Under the pieces are notes generated by a model that was given only the letters and a program-made list of their open reading frames with translations, was not told the DNA's origin and ran no database searches. DNA of 64,000 nt from assembly GCA_951406725.2 (NCBI GenBank), contig OX597833.1, positions 50,902,001-50,966,000 on the forward strand, written 5' to 3'. Below are positions 41,871-54,676 of the stretch, piece by piece; the first letter of the stretch is position 1, and each line of letters begins with the position of its first letter. A program made the position numbers and the translations under genes. The DNA is from Octopus vulgaris. Its lineage: Eukaryota.

Positions 41871-41947
41871 GGGGATAACATTTCAACTTAGAGTAAAGCA
41901 TGAAAAATAATTAAATTGTGGGAAGATTAAATGAAGAAGAAGAAAAA

Positions 41948-41982
<35 letters not shown>

Positions 41983-42106
41983 AGAAGAAGAAGAAGAAGA
42001 AGAAGAAGAAGAAGAAGAAGAAGAAGAAGAAGAAGAAGAAGAAGAAGAAGAAGAAGAAGAAGAAGAAGAAGAAGAAGAAGAAGAAGAAGAAGAAGAAGAA
42101 GAAGAA

Positions 42107-42555
42107 GCCGCCTTTACATCCTGTAGTGAAAGCAATAGAAATATACGTTTGGAAGATCCTGTTGGGTTGGTATCAAACTCTGGGATGCTAGCAATACTAG
42201 CATCAGAACTGGACATCACTGCTCAGCTTCAAAGGTTCCAACTATCGCGTCGAGAGTGAGGGTCATATGCTGCAATAGCTTCAGCTTGAAGGGTCAACGG
42301 CTATTTCATATCTTGCTAAAATACCTGAGAGATATTCATGGAGCACGGATAGATATTTTCAAGAAACAGCTTGACTTCCTGCTGTCAAAAGTGCCAGATA
42401 AATCTACATCACGGCAACAAACTCAAAAAAGAGCAGCAATATTGAACTCCTTTCTTCACCAAAAGCAAAATACAACAGAATTGTTTTTGAAAAGGTGGCA
42501 ATACTGGCACTGCCCCAGCATGGCCACATTCTTTGGGCTGAAATGCATAAAATGA
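42107..42555 (+). mobile_element. CR1-like LINE 3' end fragment
   Basis: IYVWKIL...NSFSLKGQRLFHILLKYLRDIHG...FKKQLDFLLSKVPD. The 3' UTR is CCCCAGCATGGCCACA...GCTGAAA. Confidence 0.75.
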
Positions 42556-42609
42556 TATAAGAGAAAAGAATAAAAGAATGCATGTATACCTTCATATATA
42601 TATATATAT

Positions 42610-42842
42610 TTTCTTTACTACCCACAAGGGGCTAAACATAGAGGGGACAAACAAAGACAGACAAAGGGATTAAGTCGATTACATCGACCCCAGTGCATAA
42701 CTGGTACTTAATTTATCGACCCCGAAAGGATGAAAGGCAAAGTCGACCTCGGCGGAATTTGAACTCAGAATGTAACGACAGACGAAATACGGCTACGCAT
42801 TTCGCCCGGCGTGCTAACGTTTCTGCCAGCTCGCAGCCCTTT

Positions 42843-42924
<82 letters not shown>

Positions 42925-43200
42925 TGTGTATAAAAAAAAGGAAAGATATTTTGTTCGGGGGGCGAGCTGGCAGAAAAGTTAGCACGCGAGGCGAAATGCT
43001 TAGCAGTATTTCGTCTGCCGCTACGTTCTGAGTTCAAATTCCGCCGAGGTCGACTTTGCCTTTCATCCTTTCGGGCTCGATTAAATAAGTACCAGTTACG
43101 CACTGGGGTCGATATAATCGACTTAATCCCTTTGTGTCTCCTTGCTTGCCCCCTCTGTGTTTGACCCCTTGTGGGTAGTAAAGAAATAGGTATCTCGTTC
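42610..43200. mobile_element. Inverted (head-to-head) pair of SINE group 2 copies around (TG)n
   Basis: 42610-42835 (-) and 42959-43200 (+). Confidence 0.88.
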
Positions 43201-44014
43201 GGGGCGAATAAACCCAAGTTTTTTTTTGTTTTTTTTTATGTCAGAGAGGACAAACGAACAAAAGTTTATTTATACACAAACACATATAGACATCCAAGTC
43301 TTTTCCGTTTTGCTGCGTTGTCCATATATTTAGAAATCCATGTCAGTACACATCTTGCTATCAGCGTCTTCCTTCTTCTTGTTCTCCAATCAATTTCCAA
43401 GTGTAATTTTAACTCTGTCCACGAGAATGAGTTAATGTTCTACATGCATACGCACACATGCATACACCCATTCTTCCTTTCCTTCTCTCATTCATTCTTT
43501 CTTTCTTTCTTTCTTTCTCGCTCTTCTATATGTCCCTCTCTGCAACTCCTTTCCTTTCGATTCCTCTGTGCATCTATCATTCTCACATTCTCCATTAACT
43601 AAAAGCAACAAACACTTAAAATACAGCTTGCTCTCAACAAATACCGAAACGAAGCAAATTGAATTTCCAGCAAATATTTAATTTTTCACAGGAACAAGCT
43701 GAAATAATATTGATGCGTTTAGATAATCGATTAGTGGCGAAGGTTTCATTTTCAATAAGTCTTCAGTTTGTGCCAAAAATGTGAATGCTTCATTCGTTCA
43801 AGTAGGTTAAATTCTACGAAATATCTTGATGTAGGATTTTTGTTTATTTTCATTCTCTTCATTATTTTCAGTTGCAGACATTACTCTAATGAGGGACCAA
43901 TTTGTAAACCGAAATCAATTTACTTGGAGCAAGAACACGAAGAGTTGCTTCTATTTTTATTTATACTAAAGCAACTACAGAAATCAAAAGAATGTTTCTC
44001 TTTATTGCATCCGG

Positions 44015-44069
<55 letters not shown>

Positions 44070-45038
44070 GAATGTATAAAAACACTATGCCTTAGGGTGT
44101 TTGGGAATTACCTTAGTTCGTTTACGTATGTAAGTAAATGAAGTTGGACATTTATAAAAAGATGCGTTAGGAGACCTAGCAAGGAGCTTTATTTTTCTTT
44201 TTTTTTAATATCTTGTTTTAACTTGACTACCTCCAGAGTATCTCGTATCAATTTTCTTGTTTTCCTACCATTATCTGACTGGCAAACTTCAATAGAATAT
44301 AGAGCGAATATCTCTACACCGCATCATCATCTATATAAAACGAGCTAGTCCAAACGTTGATTTACTTAATAAGAAATAAAGAAAACGTTGCTGCCCGATA
44401 AGGATTTGGTCATTGGACTCATTAGTGCTTTGTTGTTGAGCGATGTGGCTATAAGCAATGTGATTCATCGTAAATGTTTCACCCTGCGTAATTGGAATGC
44501 AAAATGGAGAGGAATACTATTGACCACGATGAAATCTATAACAGCAACAGGTTATAAATAACCAAAATACTAAACTTGTAAAAGAAATAGAAGTAGTAAC
44601 ATAATTTAATAAGTTCCGTCTGCATGTAATTGTAATATCATTATGGCAGAGAATACCGCATTCCAAGAGATACTCGAAGAACAGTTTTCCTTTTTCTTTT
44701 TTCTTTTTGTATTTTTCAGACTAATAGTTAGACTTGATCGGAATAGCAGCTGAATCTCCTTGAAACGAAACCCAACTATCTTCCGAATACTTGCCCTCAC
44801 GTAGCTGCTTGCCACTGTATCTATCATTAAATTAATCAGTCAACATATCTACCTACTTGAAAGGCAGCGACCTGGCTGAATCGTTAGCTCGCCAGACAAA
44901 ATGCTGCGCGGCATTTCGTCCGATTTGATGTTCTAAAGTTCAAATTCTGCCGAAGTCGACTCACTGTTCATCTTTATGGGGTCGATAAAATAAATAGCAT
45001 TTGAGCATTGGTGTCGATATAATCGACATACTCTCTGC

Positions 45039-45453
45039 GGAACTTTTCGGTTTGAACGGCAGTTTTTAACATAATTTCTAGGTAACTAAACACTTTTAAA
45101 CTTCGTATACTGGTAGAATGTGTTTATAAAACATATTTTTCTCTTGGCTTTATTGAGAAAAGTCTATAGTTTGTAAGATATTTGTTGTTTTTTTTCTTCA
45201 ATTTCTGCAATTTCAACTAATCAATGACGTGTATTGAGGTAATAAACATTCTGTGCCGTATGAATATGTCCCTCGTTTAAGAAACAGATTGGGTTTATTT
45301 ACATTTGTGAAGAAAAAAATACCCTTCCCCCCACCCCTAACTCTAACCCTAAAATAGATTGAAATGCAATAGATCGATACTAGGGTCATAATAATGGGTG
45401 GCAATTTCATATGACACCGCTAGAAAAAACTGCCGTTCAAACCGAAAAGATCC
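45039..45453. mobile_element. Non-autonomous DNA transposon (Merlin-like MITE) nested in an old group 2 SINE
   Basis: TIRs GGA(A/T)CTTTTCGGTTTGAACGGCAGTTTTT and a perfect 8-bp TSD CTCTCTGC (45031-45038, 45454-45461). Confidence 0.85.
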
Positions 45454-47004
45454 CTCTCTGCCACAAAATAACTGGCCTTGTACCAAAATCTGAAATCAAT
45501 ATTATATAGGCAGTACGTGAGAATATACATTAAGCGCATAAGTAGCGGCGAAGTTATACAACTAATGTGTTTCGTTACATGTTCGAGTCCACCGTCATCA
45601 ATTCTTCGCAGAGAAAGTTCACCGTCATTAGTTCTCTGAAGGGAAAGTTTACCGCATCAGTTCACAACAGGATAAGTTCACCGTCGTCAATTCACCGTTT
45701 TCTTCTCTTTTTCAATAAAGTAAATACATTGTATATATTTCCACGGTAAACTTCTTCGTGGTAAATTGGTGGCGGCTCGCCACCTTTAAAATATTCTTTT
45801 CTACTCTAGGCACAAAGCACTAAATTTTGGGAGAGGGGGGGGCAATCGATTAGATCGACTCCAGTACTCAGCTGATATTTAATTTATCGACCCTGAAAGG
45901 ATGAAAGGCAAAGTCGACCTCGGCGGAATTTGAACTACCTATGTAATATTAAGTGAAGCAAGGAGTGATTTAGTGAATATAAGATTTTATTATCAGTTCG
46001 GATATATTTAGTTCAGGAAGTAACATCACATATAATAAACTGAGATCTAGTCGCCAGATATATTTATCTATGGAATCATATGAAACCATAACTCTATCTA
46101 CAAGACTAAGATTGTGTTGAGACTAAGAAAAATGGTAATTATACCAGTGAGAATAATATGCGGTGCGATGGACCATATAGATAAACTGGAGATATGAAAC
46201 GCCAAGCTTATATTTTACATGAACCAACAGTGATACCAAAAATATAAATGAGAAATCCTAGATCCAAACACTCCGTTATACAATACCTCCGTCTAATTAA
46301 GAACAATAACGAATACTCTTAAATACAAGGATAAATCTTGTGGGCTGAAGCGTTACAATGTAGAAACCTAGCACCCTCGGGTTTATATCTATGTACCGGT
46401 TAAATGGGGAGGAAAAAATTAAACTAGAAAAGAACATCACAGATACGGTTCCCCTTGATTTATTGTTTGTGGCGTGCGCCCCAGAAAAGTGTTATGAATT
46501 GTGAGCTTCTGGATATTACAGCTATCTTATGCGCTTATATTACTTGTGTGTGTCTGTGTTAAATTGGTGAGATGGTATTTTTGAGCTGCTGATGTACAAA
46601 TGATAAGGCATTGTAATACGAATGTTGCAGCTTTTTTTTACGTATAATTAGAAGCATGTCTATGTTAAATATGTCAAACAGTATTTTTAACATGCTGTTG
46701 GAAAAGTACCCTGGTTTGTAGAAGATGTGTTTTGATGCTTTCTTTTTTGAACCTGTGTGATTTAAAGCCGTTTCCTCGCCAAAGTGCGTCCTTAAATGAC
46801 CGAGTAGTCTATCAGTTTTAATACTTCTATTTTATTCCATCGGGACAAAAGAGAAATGATTGTTTGTACATTATCTGCAAGTCAAATGCAGCACCTGTGT
46901 TTGTTCTAAATGTGCTACAGTATCGTTTTGGTTTCTTTACGAATTTTTCACGGTTGTGTACATTTAAGAGACATTCTGTACAATTTTTGACATATTTTTA
47001 TCCA

Positions 47005-47400
47005 GGCAGCGAGCTGGCAGAAACGTTAGTATGCCGGGCAAAATGCTTAGCGGTATTTCGCCCGTCGCTACGTTCTGAGTTCAAATTCCGCCGAGGTTGA
47101 CTTTGCCTTTCATCCTTTCGGGGTCGATAAATTAAGTACCAGTTACGCACTGGGGGTCGATAAAATCAACTTAATCCGTCTGTCCGTCCTTGTTTGTCTC
47201 CTCTGTGTTTAGCCCCTTGTGGGTAGTAAAGAAAAAGGTATTTCTTCTGTCTTTACATTCTGAGTTCAAATTACGCCGAGGTCGACTTTGCCTTTCATCC
47301 TTTCGGGGTCGATAAATTACATACCAGTTACGTACTTGTGTTGATCTAATCGACTTGCCCCTCACCAAAAATTTCGATCTTTGTACCTAGAGTAGAGAAG
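47005..47400 (+). mobile_element. SINE group 2, dimer
   Basis: Junction GTAGTAAAGAAAAAGGTATTTC. The second unit ends with the alternative tail TTGTACCTAGAGTAGAGAAG. Confidence 0.85.
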
Positions 47401-48476
47401 GATGCATATTTTATAGACTTCGGCATATATTCAGCGGGATTTGAACAGAAATCTTAAATTTTTGCTACTGAACATTGACTTGGTATTTTGCTCTTCCCTC
47501 TATTTATCTTACCGCTTATTACTTATGATTGTTTACCCTCGGAGCAGCTTGGGACTGCCGTTTTCGTGGTGCTAAAATATGGTAACTCGAGTAATAAGAG
47601 GATTTGAAATATATGCAAATGTGAATTTATGGAAGTAACAATTATTTTCAGTTAAATTTTTTAAGCTCTTCTTTTTCTCATTGTTGCACGAGGAGAGTTA
47701 TGACAGAGAAATCTCTTGAAATTCATAAAATTTGCAACATCAACTGCACATGTTCCACCTAGGCGGCGCTAGGAATAATCGATAGCAAAGTACAAAAAAA
47801 AAAAGGAAATAAAATAAAAAAAACAAAAAAAAAAACAACTGTAGAAACTATAGAAGTGAGGAAGTAATTTTAGGATTGCCGGAAGAGTTATTATCACTTA
47901 GCTTGATATTAATTTATTTTTATGCGATAAATAGCATTTTGCATTTTTTTTGTGGTTTTTTTTCTTGTATTTTAAAAAAAGACTTTTTTTTAGTTAATTA
48001 AAATTTCATTATTTGTCAAGTTTACTTTTCTGTTTGCGAAAAAGAGAAAATAAACAAAGAAGATACAGCAACCGAAATATTCGTAAATGATACGAAAATA
48101 AAGCGAGAAAGAAGAGGGGCAAGAAAAAGAAAATTGTACTTACTGACTAAAGTATAAGGTAATTAATTATTTTACAATCACAAGCTACTACTTCTACGCA
48201 GTTTGTGCTCAGTTCTCAGTTCTTCTTCTGCTCTGTCTGAAATCGATTCCATCCTGGTAACATCTGAACCAACATAAACAAAACAATTTCAAATTATAGT
48301 TTTTTTTCTTGAACATTTTACTTTAGGCAATACATATGTTGTTATGGTTTTGTATTTTTGCATCTTATTTAGCAATTGCTTTATAAATCATTACAGAAAC
48401 TATGTGCGCGTTTATTTACACTGCGTACCCACATTTTTGTACGCAAACAAACACAAAACAGACATAGAAACTTGTG

Positions 48477-48540
<64 letters not shown>

Positions 48541-48674
48541 TAGATAGATAGATATATATGTATATGTATGTACATATATATATGTATGAGTATATCGACA
48601 TATATATATATGAATATATAAACATATATATAGATACCTACATATATATGTATATATATATATATGAATATATA

Positions 48675-48730
<56 letters not shown>

Positions 48731-48782
48731 GTATATGGATATATAAACATTTTATTTATCTCTATATGTTTATATATATGTT

Positions 48783-48815
<33 letters not shown>

Positions 48816-49699
48816 GTATGTATATATACATATATATGCATATACATATCCTGCATGTGTGTTTGCTAAAGGGAACGTGGTGTAGATATTTACCGGGTAC
48901 TGCACAAATAAACACGCTAATTAAATTCCACAATTTTTTGGTGCAACACAGTTTATACGCAGGTAGGAAGACAGCCAAAAACATTAGGCGTAAGATATGT
49001 ATTCACGTGGTAAGTTGCATACGAAAATAGATGATATCATGAAGCCTGGTCTTTACTGCTGTTTTGAATAAATAATGACCGGTGGCATAACAATATGTAC
49101 TGGGTAGGAAGTTCCAATAATTTTGTAGGTGTAAAGACTAGTGCAGATATTGGGAAAAGAGCTATTTGCTAGAATTTTCCGGCGAGAATAGCGTGATTTC
49201 GCTTCACAGGACAAATCTATGCTAGCCCATACAATATTTTTGGACGTATCACCTAATATAGAAGGTTATAGGAACATCCTTAGCTTATACGAAACAGCTG
49301 TAAAGATTAGACTTGAAGACACCATTCATCTTTTAACGCAACATTCTATGTGAATACATTCCTCAAGTCTATCTTTGGATATGGAAAATATCCTTCCTAA
49401 AATCGGTCCAAGGCTAGCAATTTTCGTGAGGAGAGGCGAAGATGTAAACAAACCAGATACAGTCGATAATACACACACACAGACACACACATACACACAC
49501 ACTCAGACACACACACACACGAGCAATTTCAAGAATAATCAACCGAAATTGTGAGGATAATCTGGTGCTTGACTTAGGATAGAGGGCTTCGAATTACCCG
49601 TCCTTGTTTTCGTTGTATCGTCTATCTGGATGTTTTGTTGTCCCTTTTTTATCACTTAGTTGTCCGGATGTTTTGCGTTCTTGTCCCGTTTTGTATTTC

Positions 49700-49783
<84 letters not shown>

Positions 49784-50765
49784 ATATATATATATACATA
49801 TATATACATACATACATGTATATATGTATATACATATATATATATATACACACACATACACATATATACATAGGTGCATGCATGTAAATATATATGTATA
49901 TATATATACATATATATACATATACATAAATACACACACGCATATATATAAATACATAGATATAAATAAACACATGTATATATGTGTGTATGTGCATGAG
50001 TGTGTGTGTGTGTGTGTGTGTGTGTATTAGAAACATGTGAAAGCGAGAGCGAATGAAAATGAGAGCCAGGAAAGAGAAGACAAAAGAGAAAGAAAGAAAG
50101 AAATTATTAGATTGAGTTAATTTCAAGGAAAATGATAGTTAAAATAAAATATTTTTGAATTTGCTCCAAGAATTTAGATATATATTCCTCAAGAATTATT
50201 CCGATGTTGTAAACCGTTCAATCAGAATGAATTAAACTCTTAAGAAAGCTTCTTGTTAAGTGAGTTAGCATCCAGCTTGGCAATTTTCTCCTAATCACAC
50301 AATGCCCAAAGATTGGCAGCTGCAATGAAACGACCACGTTGGTCAATTACACATAAATATCAGCTGTCAAAGACAATCTACATAAATGGAGTTATATTTT
50401 TAAATCACGGCCAAAATGTCTCGAATACAGGAAGCTTCTAGAACACTATTCTCTTATCGTGACACTTTGAAGTATCGGTTTGTTCCTATTTTAGAGTACG
50501 CGTTTCACTGTTTGTAGTCATTAGCAGAGACTCATGTACTTAGCAGTAATTTGCTCTTGCTAATAAATTATCATCTTCGTTGGTTTATAATACGTATCAC
50601 AATGTAATTGGATAACCATTGTTCCATATGGGATGGCGGTCGGTGAGAATCGGGGGAATCACAATAGATTCAAATAGATTTCTTTCTTTTTCTTTTTGCC
50701 TATATATTTCCCTCAACTTTTTTCCGTCTCTTCCCTATATGCATATATACATACATACACATATA

Positions 50766-50850
<85 letters not shown>

Positions 50851-50877
50851 GCCTGTGTGTATGTATAAGTATATATG

Positions 50878-50923
<46 letters not shown>

Positions 50924-51245
50924 CATATATACGCACATCATTATCGTCTTTATCGTCATCGAAATTCAAACGAACATATACTCGCCTGCAGTTAAGCATG
51001 TTTGCATGTATGTATGTATGTATGTATGTATGTATGTATGTATGTATGTATGTATGTAGGTAAGTAGGTATGTATGTAGTATGTATATATGTATGCATGT
51101 ATGTAGGTATGTATGTATTATGTATGAATGTAGGTATGTATGTAGTATGTATATATGTATGTACGTAGGCATATATGTATATATACACACCGACACATAC
51201 ATTCAGACACTTATACTCATACACTGTGTTTGTTTAAAATATAAA

Positions 51246-51295
<50 letters not shown>

Positions 51296-51362
51296 TTTAT
51301 ATTCTTATATCTTTGAGAACATGAGAGTTAGTGTGTGTGTGTGTCTGCCCCTTTTTGTGAGC

Positions 51363-51403
<41 letters not shown>

Positions 51404-51920
51404 TTCATAAATAGAAATATGACATAAGCAGCTGTACAATAGCCATTAAAATAAAAGTATTTCATTCCAACGATGCATTCACCGTGTTAGTTAATGTTTT
51501 TATTTTTTATATTGTATGTCATGATTCTCACGATGTAATTGAACAGTTTACAGTAAATTGATAGTTAAACTTTCCAAAAAAAACAAAAGACACACTTTCA
51601 CAAAAGACACAGAAACGATTAATATTAATTCTTTTACACATCTATATTAGAATTATGGACCACTACAGTTTTATACCATCCACTGTTATGGAAATGCCGT
51701 CTTGCACATATACACAGACACGCACGGTAATGCGCGCGCATACTCACACACTCACATACAGATGCATATTCATACATGCATATATTTGTTTTGCAAGATC
51801 CTTCATGATAAAATATGTTGTATTTTAAATTGTTATGTTTGCAAATTGTAGTTACACACACACACACAGTGTATGTACTTTATCATTAGCAAAATAACAC
51901 TCGCAAGATACACCAATATA

Positions 51921-52324
51921 CAGGGTGGTCGCTAGGAAAGCGGAAACTCTGTGAAATGCCGATTTATATTTTCATAAGATCTCTCTGTGGTAAACAATAA
52001 GCGTCACAAAGCGTGATATAATATTAACACACACAAATGTTCAAACTGTCTTCCGTGCACTTCATAAAGAGTGTTTGTTTTAATCGAGGAATCCAAGCTT
52101 GTGAGGTATTTTGATGTGTAACTCGAAGGATGTCATTCCAAGCTTTTATGAAGCACGTTTTCAATTCATTAACGACGGTTATATGCCATGCTTGGTATGA
52201 TTACGAGCTCATTCGATAACAGAAACTACGAATCAGAAACCAAGTATCACACAGTTTGTTGATGATCTAATTAACGCTTGTCAGTTTTGCCTTTAACTTT
52301 TCCGCTTTTCTCGCGACCACATTG
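51921..52324. mobile_element. Tc1/mariner-derived MITE
   Basis: TA|CAGGGTGGTCGCTAGGAAAGCGGAAA ... TTTCCGCTTTTCTCGCGACCACATTG|TA. Confidence 0.75.
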
Positions 52325-52549
52325 TATATATTACCAATCTTCTCCTGAAGAGGGCAGCCTGACATACTGTGATACCTCCTGGCAGTGGTTGCATACTCAT
52401 TAAAGTTTTTCATATACCACCTGCAAATTATAATTATTAAATAACTCTTGGCTTCCGGAAATAGAAATCGAGATACAACATTGCAAAATTTCTTTCTATA
52501 TCAATTTTTTCATTTATTTCTATTCTCTATTAATCGTACTCCATGTATA

Positions 52550-53806
52550 TACTTTAAAGAAATCTTTACAATTTCAAAGATTTATTACGAAAGCAAATAA
52601 ATAGTTTAATTTGTGGAAATTATTGCTAAATGAGGAATAGATATTGAAATTTTTTGCCTCATTTAAAACGTCTCTATGTGGGCGCCATCAAGACGGTAAT
52701 CAATTTCTTGCCATGTTCGCTCTAGCATTAGTCTTATGAACAGTGGCAATGGCATCATTGCCACTGTTCGTTGATGTCCCGTATCTGTTCGATACACGAT
52801 GTCTTTAACATAACTCCATAGAAAATAGTTCAGATGAGTGATATCCGAGGAACGGCCTGGAAATGTCCCATCGAATCCACAGGTTTGGAAATGTTTAATT
52901 TAGGAACCAACGAACATGCAGTCCTTAATGTGGTGGTACACCATCTTGCTGGAAAATGGTTGTTGGTTGAAGATCATCCAGTTGTAGTACTACATATTCA
53001 GTCAATAGGTCATGGTAAACATTTTCAGAAATTGATCTCTCTGCAAAGAAAAATGATACAATGATTCAACAGCACATCATCCACACCAGACATTCACCTT
53101 TCGTCTATCTCGTTGAAGTTCTCTAATCACATGGGGGTTTTCTGCTCCCCGAGTCCTCCCTCACATTATATATAATGTGTGTTCAGTTTCCCCGTAACAT
53201 GAAAGGTTGCCTCATCACTAAAATAAACTCGAATGCCGAACGCTGCATACAATTCTTTCCAGCACGATAACTGCAAATTCTTTTCGTCTTGGTTTATCAT
53301 TCGGTGAAAGAGTTGCACTTTGTAAGTGTGCAATTACAAGTTGTTTTGTAGGACGTTGTGCACTGTTTCACATGATAACTGTCTGACAGGACTTTATATG
53401 TGAACTAGCAAAGTCTTATCTTATACGATCGATGTTTTCCGCAGATAATTTTGGTCGTCCACTGTCCCCTTTATACAACACTGTTCTTGTTTCCATAAAT
53501 TTCTTGTGCCATGTACACATTGACGGTGGATGTCCTCCATACTTAATCCTGTAGTTTCTTTGGGTCTGCGTGTCCGATTTTGCTTCAATAAACCACAACA
53601 TACATTGTGCCTTTATTTGAGGAGTAGTCATTTTTATATGGTTTCATTTAACAGAACATTGTTCATCAACTGGGTACCTCAAAAATACAAATGCAATGCG
53701 GTTAGAACCTTTGATGACCACTGTATCCAAATCTTATAAATACATTCCATTAATTGCCTTTATAATAAATTTTTGAAATTGTAAAGAGATTTTATGGACA
53801 CTCTGC
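52550..53806 (-). mobile_element. Decayed Tc1/mariner transposon with transposase pseudogene
   Basis: N-terminal HTH MTTPQIKAQCMLWFIEAKSDTQTQRNYRIKYG...GRPK (53416-53631), plus FQQDGVPPH and SSDITHLNYFLWSYVKDIVY motifs. TIR-like ends TCTTTACAATTTCAAA..TTTATT on both sides. Confidence 0.85.
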
Positions 53807-54645
53807 ATATATACATACAGAAATTAATATTTCAGCCATCTTTCTTTCTCTCTGTCAGAGCTTGTACCTCCGCGTTCACCAGCTCAAATTTTTCAGGCTT
53901 AGCAGCCCTTCCTGCTTGTTTTCACTGTCCTGTTTGTGTTACTAAATTTGACCCTCCGCAAAATCTCAAATTTTATTTAATTTGCTTTGTGGGGGCAATT
54001 GTTATGCCGAAAACGTATCTTGTCGTCAATTACTCGAAATACGAAGTAGAAAAACAGCCGACAACTGATGTTGCTTGTTTTGTTTTCCTTTTGTTTCTTT
54101 CGATGTACGAATAAAAAGTTCGAATTCCATGTTTTCGTTTTTCATGTTGATTACGTTCTGTTGTGTCCTGTGCCCATATATGCATGTGTATATACATACA
54201 TATATATGTACATAAATGTATGTATATGCATTTATATATTATTTTATTTTTTATATTATATATATATTATGGCGATTTGTTTCTGATTGCTGTTAACCAG
54301 TGCAGACGAAGAACGCCCTCTTTTTACCTCGATTCACACATGAAGGTCAAGCTTCTGAAATGTTGAATTTTTTCCCTCCTCTACGTAATCAAAATTATCA
54401 ATATTTGAAATATGTGTGAGTCTGCTCCAATATCTCGTTTGATGCTAAATCAGTTGCCTTTATCAGAGGGCATAGCTGATTTGAGGTGAAATCTCTATAT
54501 TTCCATAGGATGTGAAAAACAAAACATCTCCTCTTCCCTTTTCTTCATCTTGTTCTTCTTCTTGTTATTCATTTTTGCTTTTTGTTGTTGTTGTTGTTCT
54601 CCTTCTTTTTCTTCAACTTTGTCTTTTTCTTCTTCTTTCCGTTAT

Positions 54646-54676
<31 letters not shown>

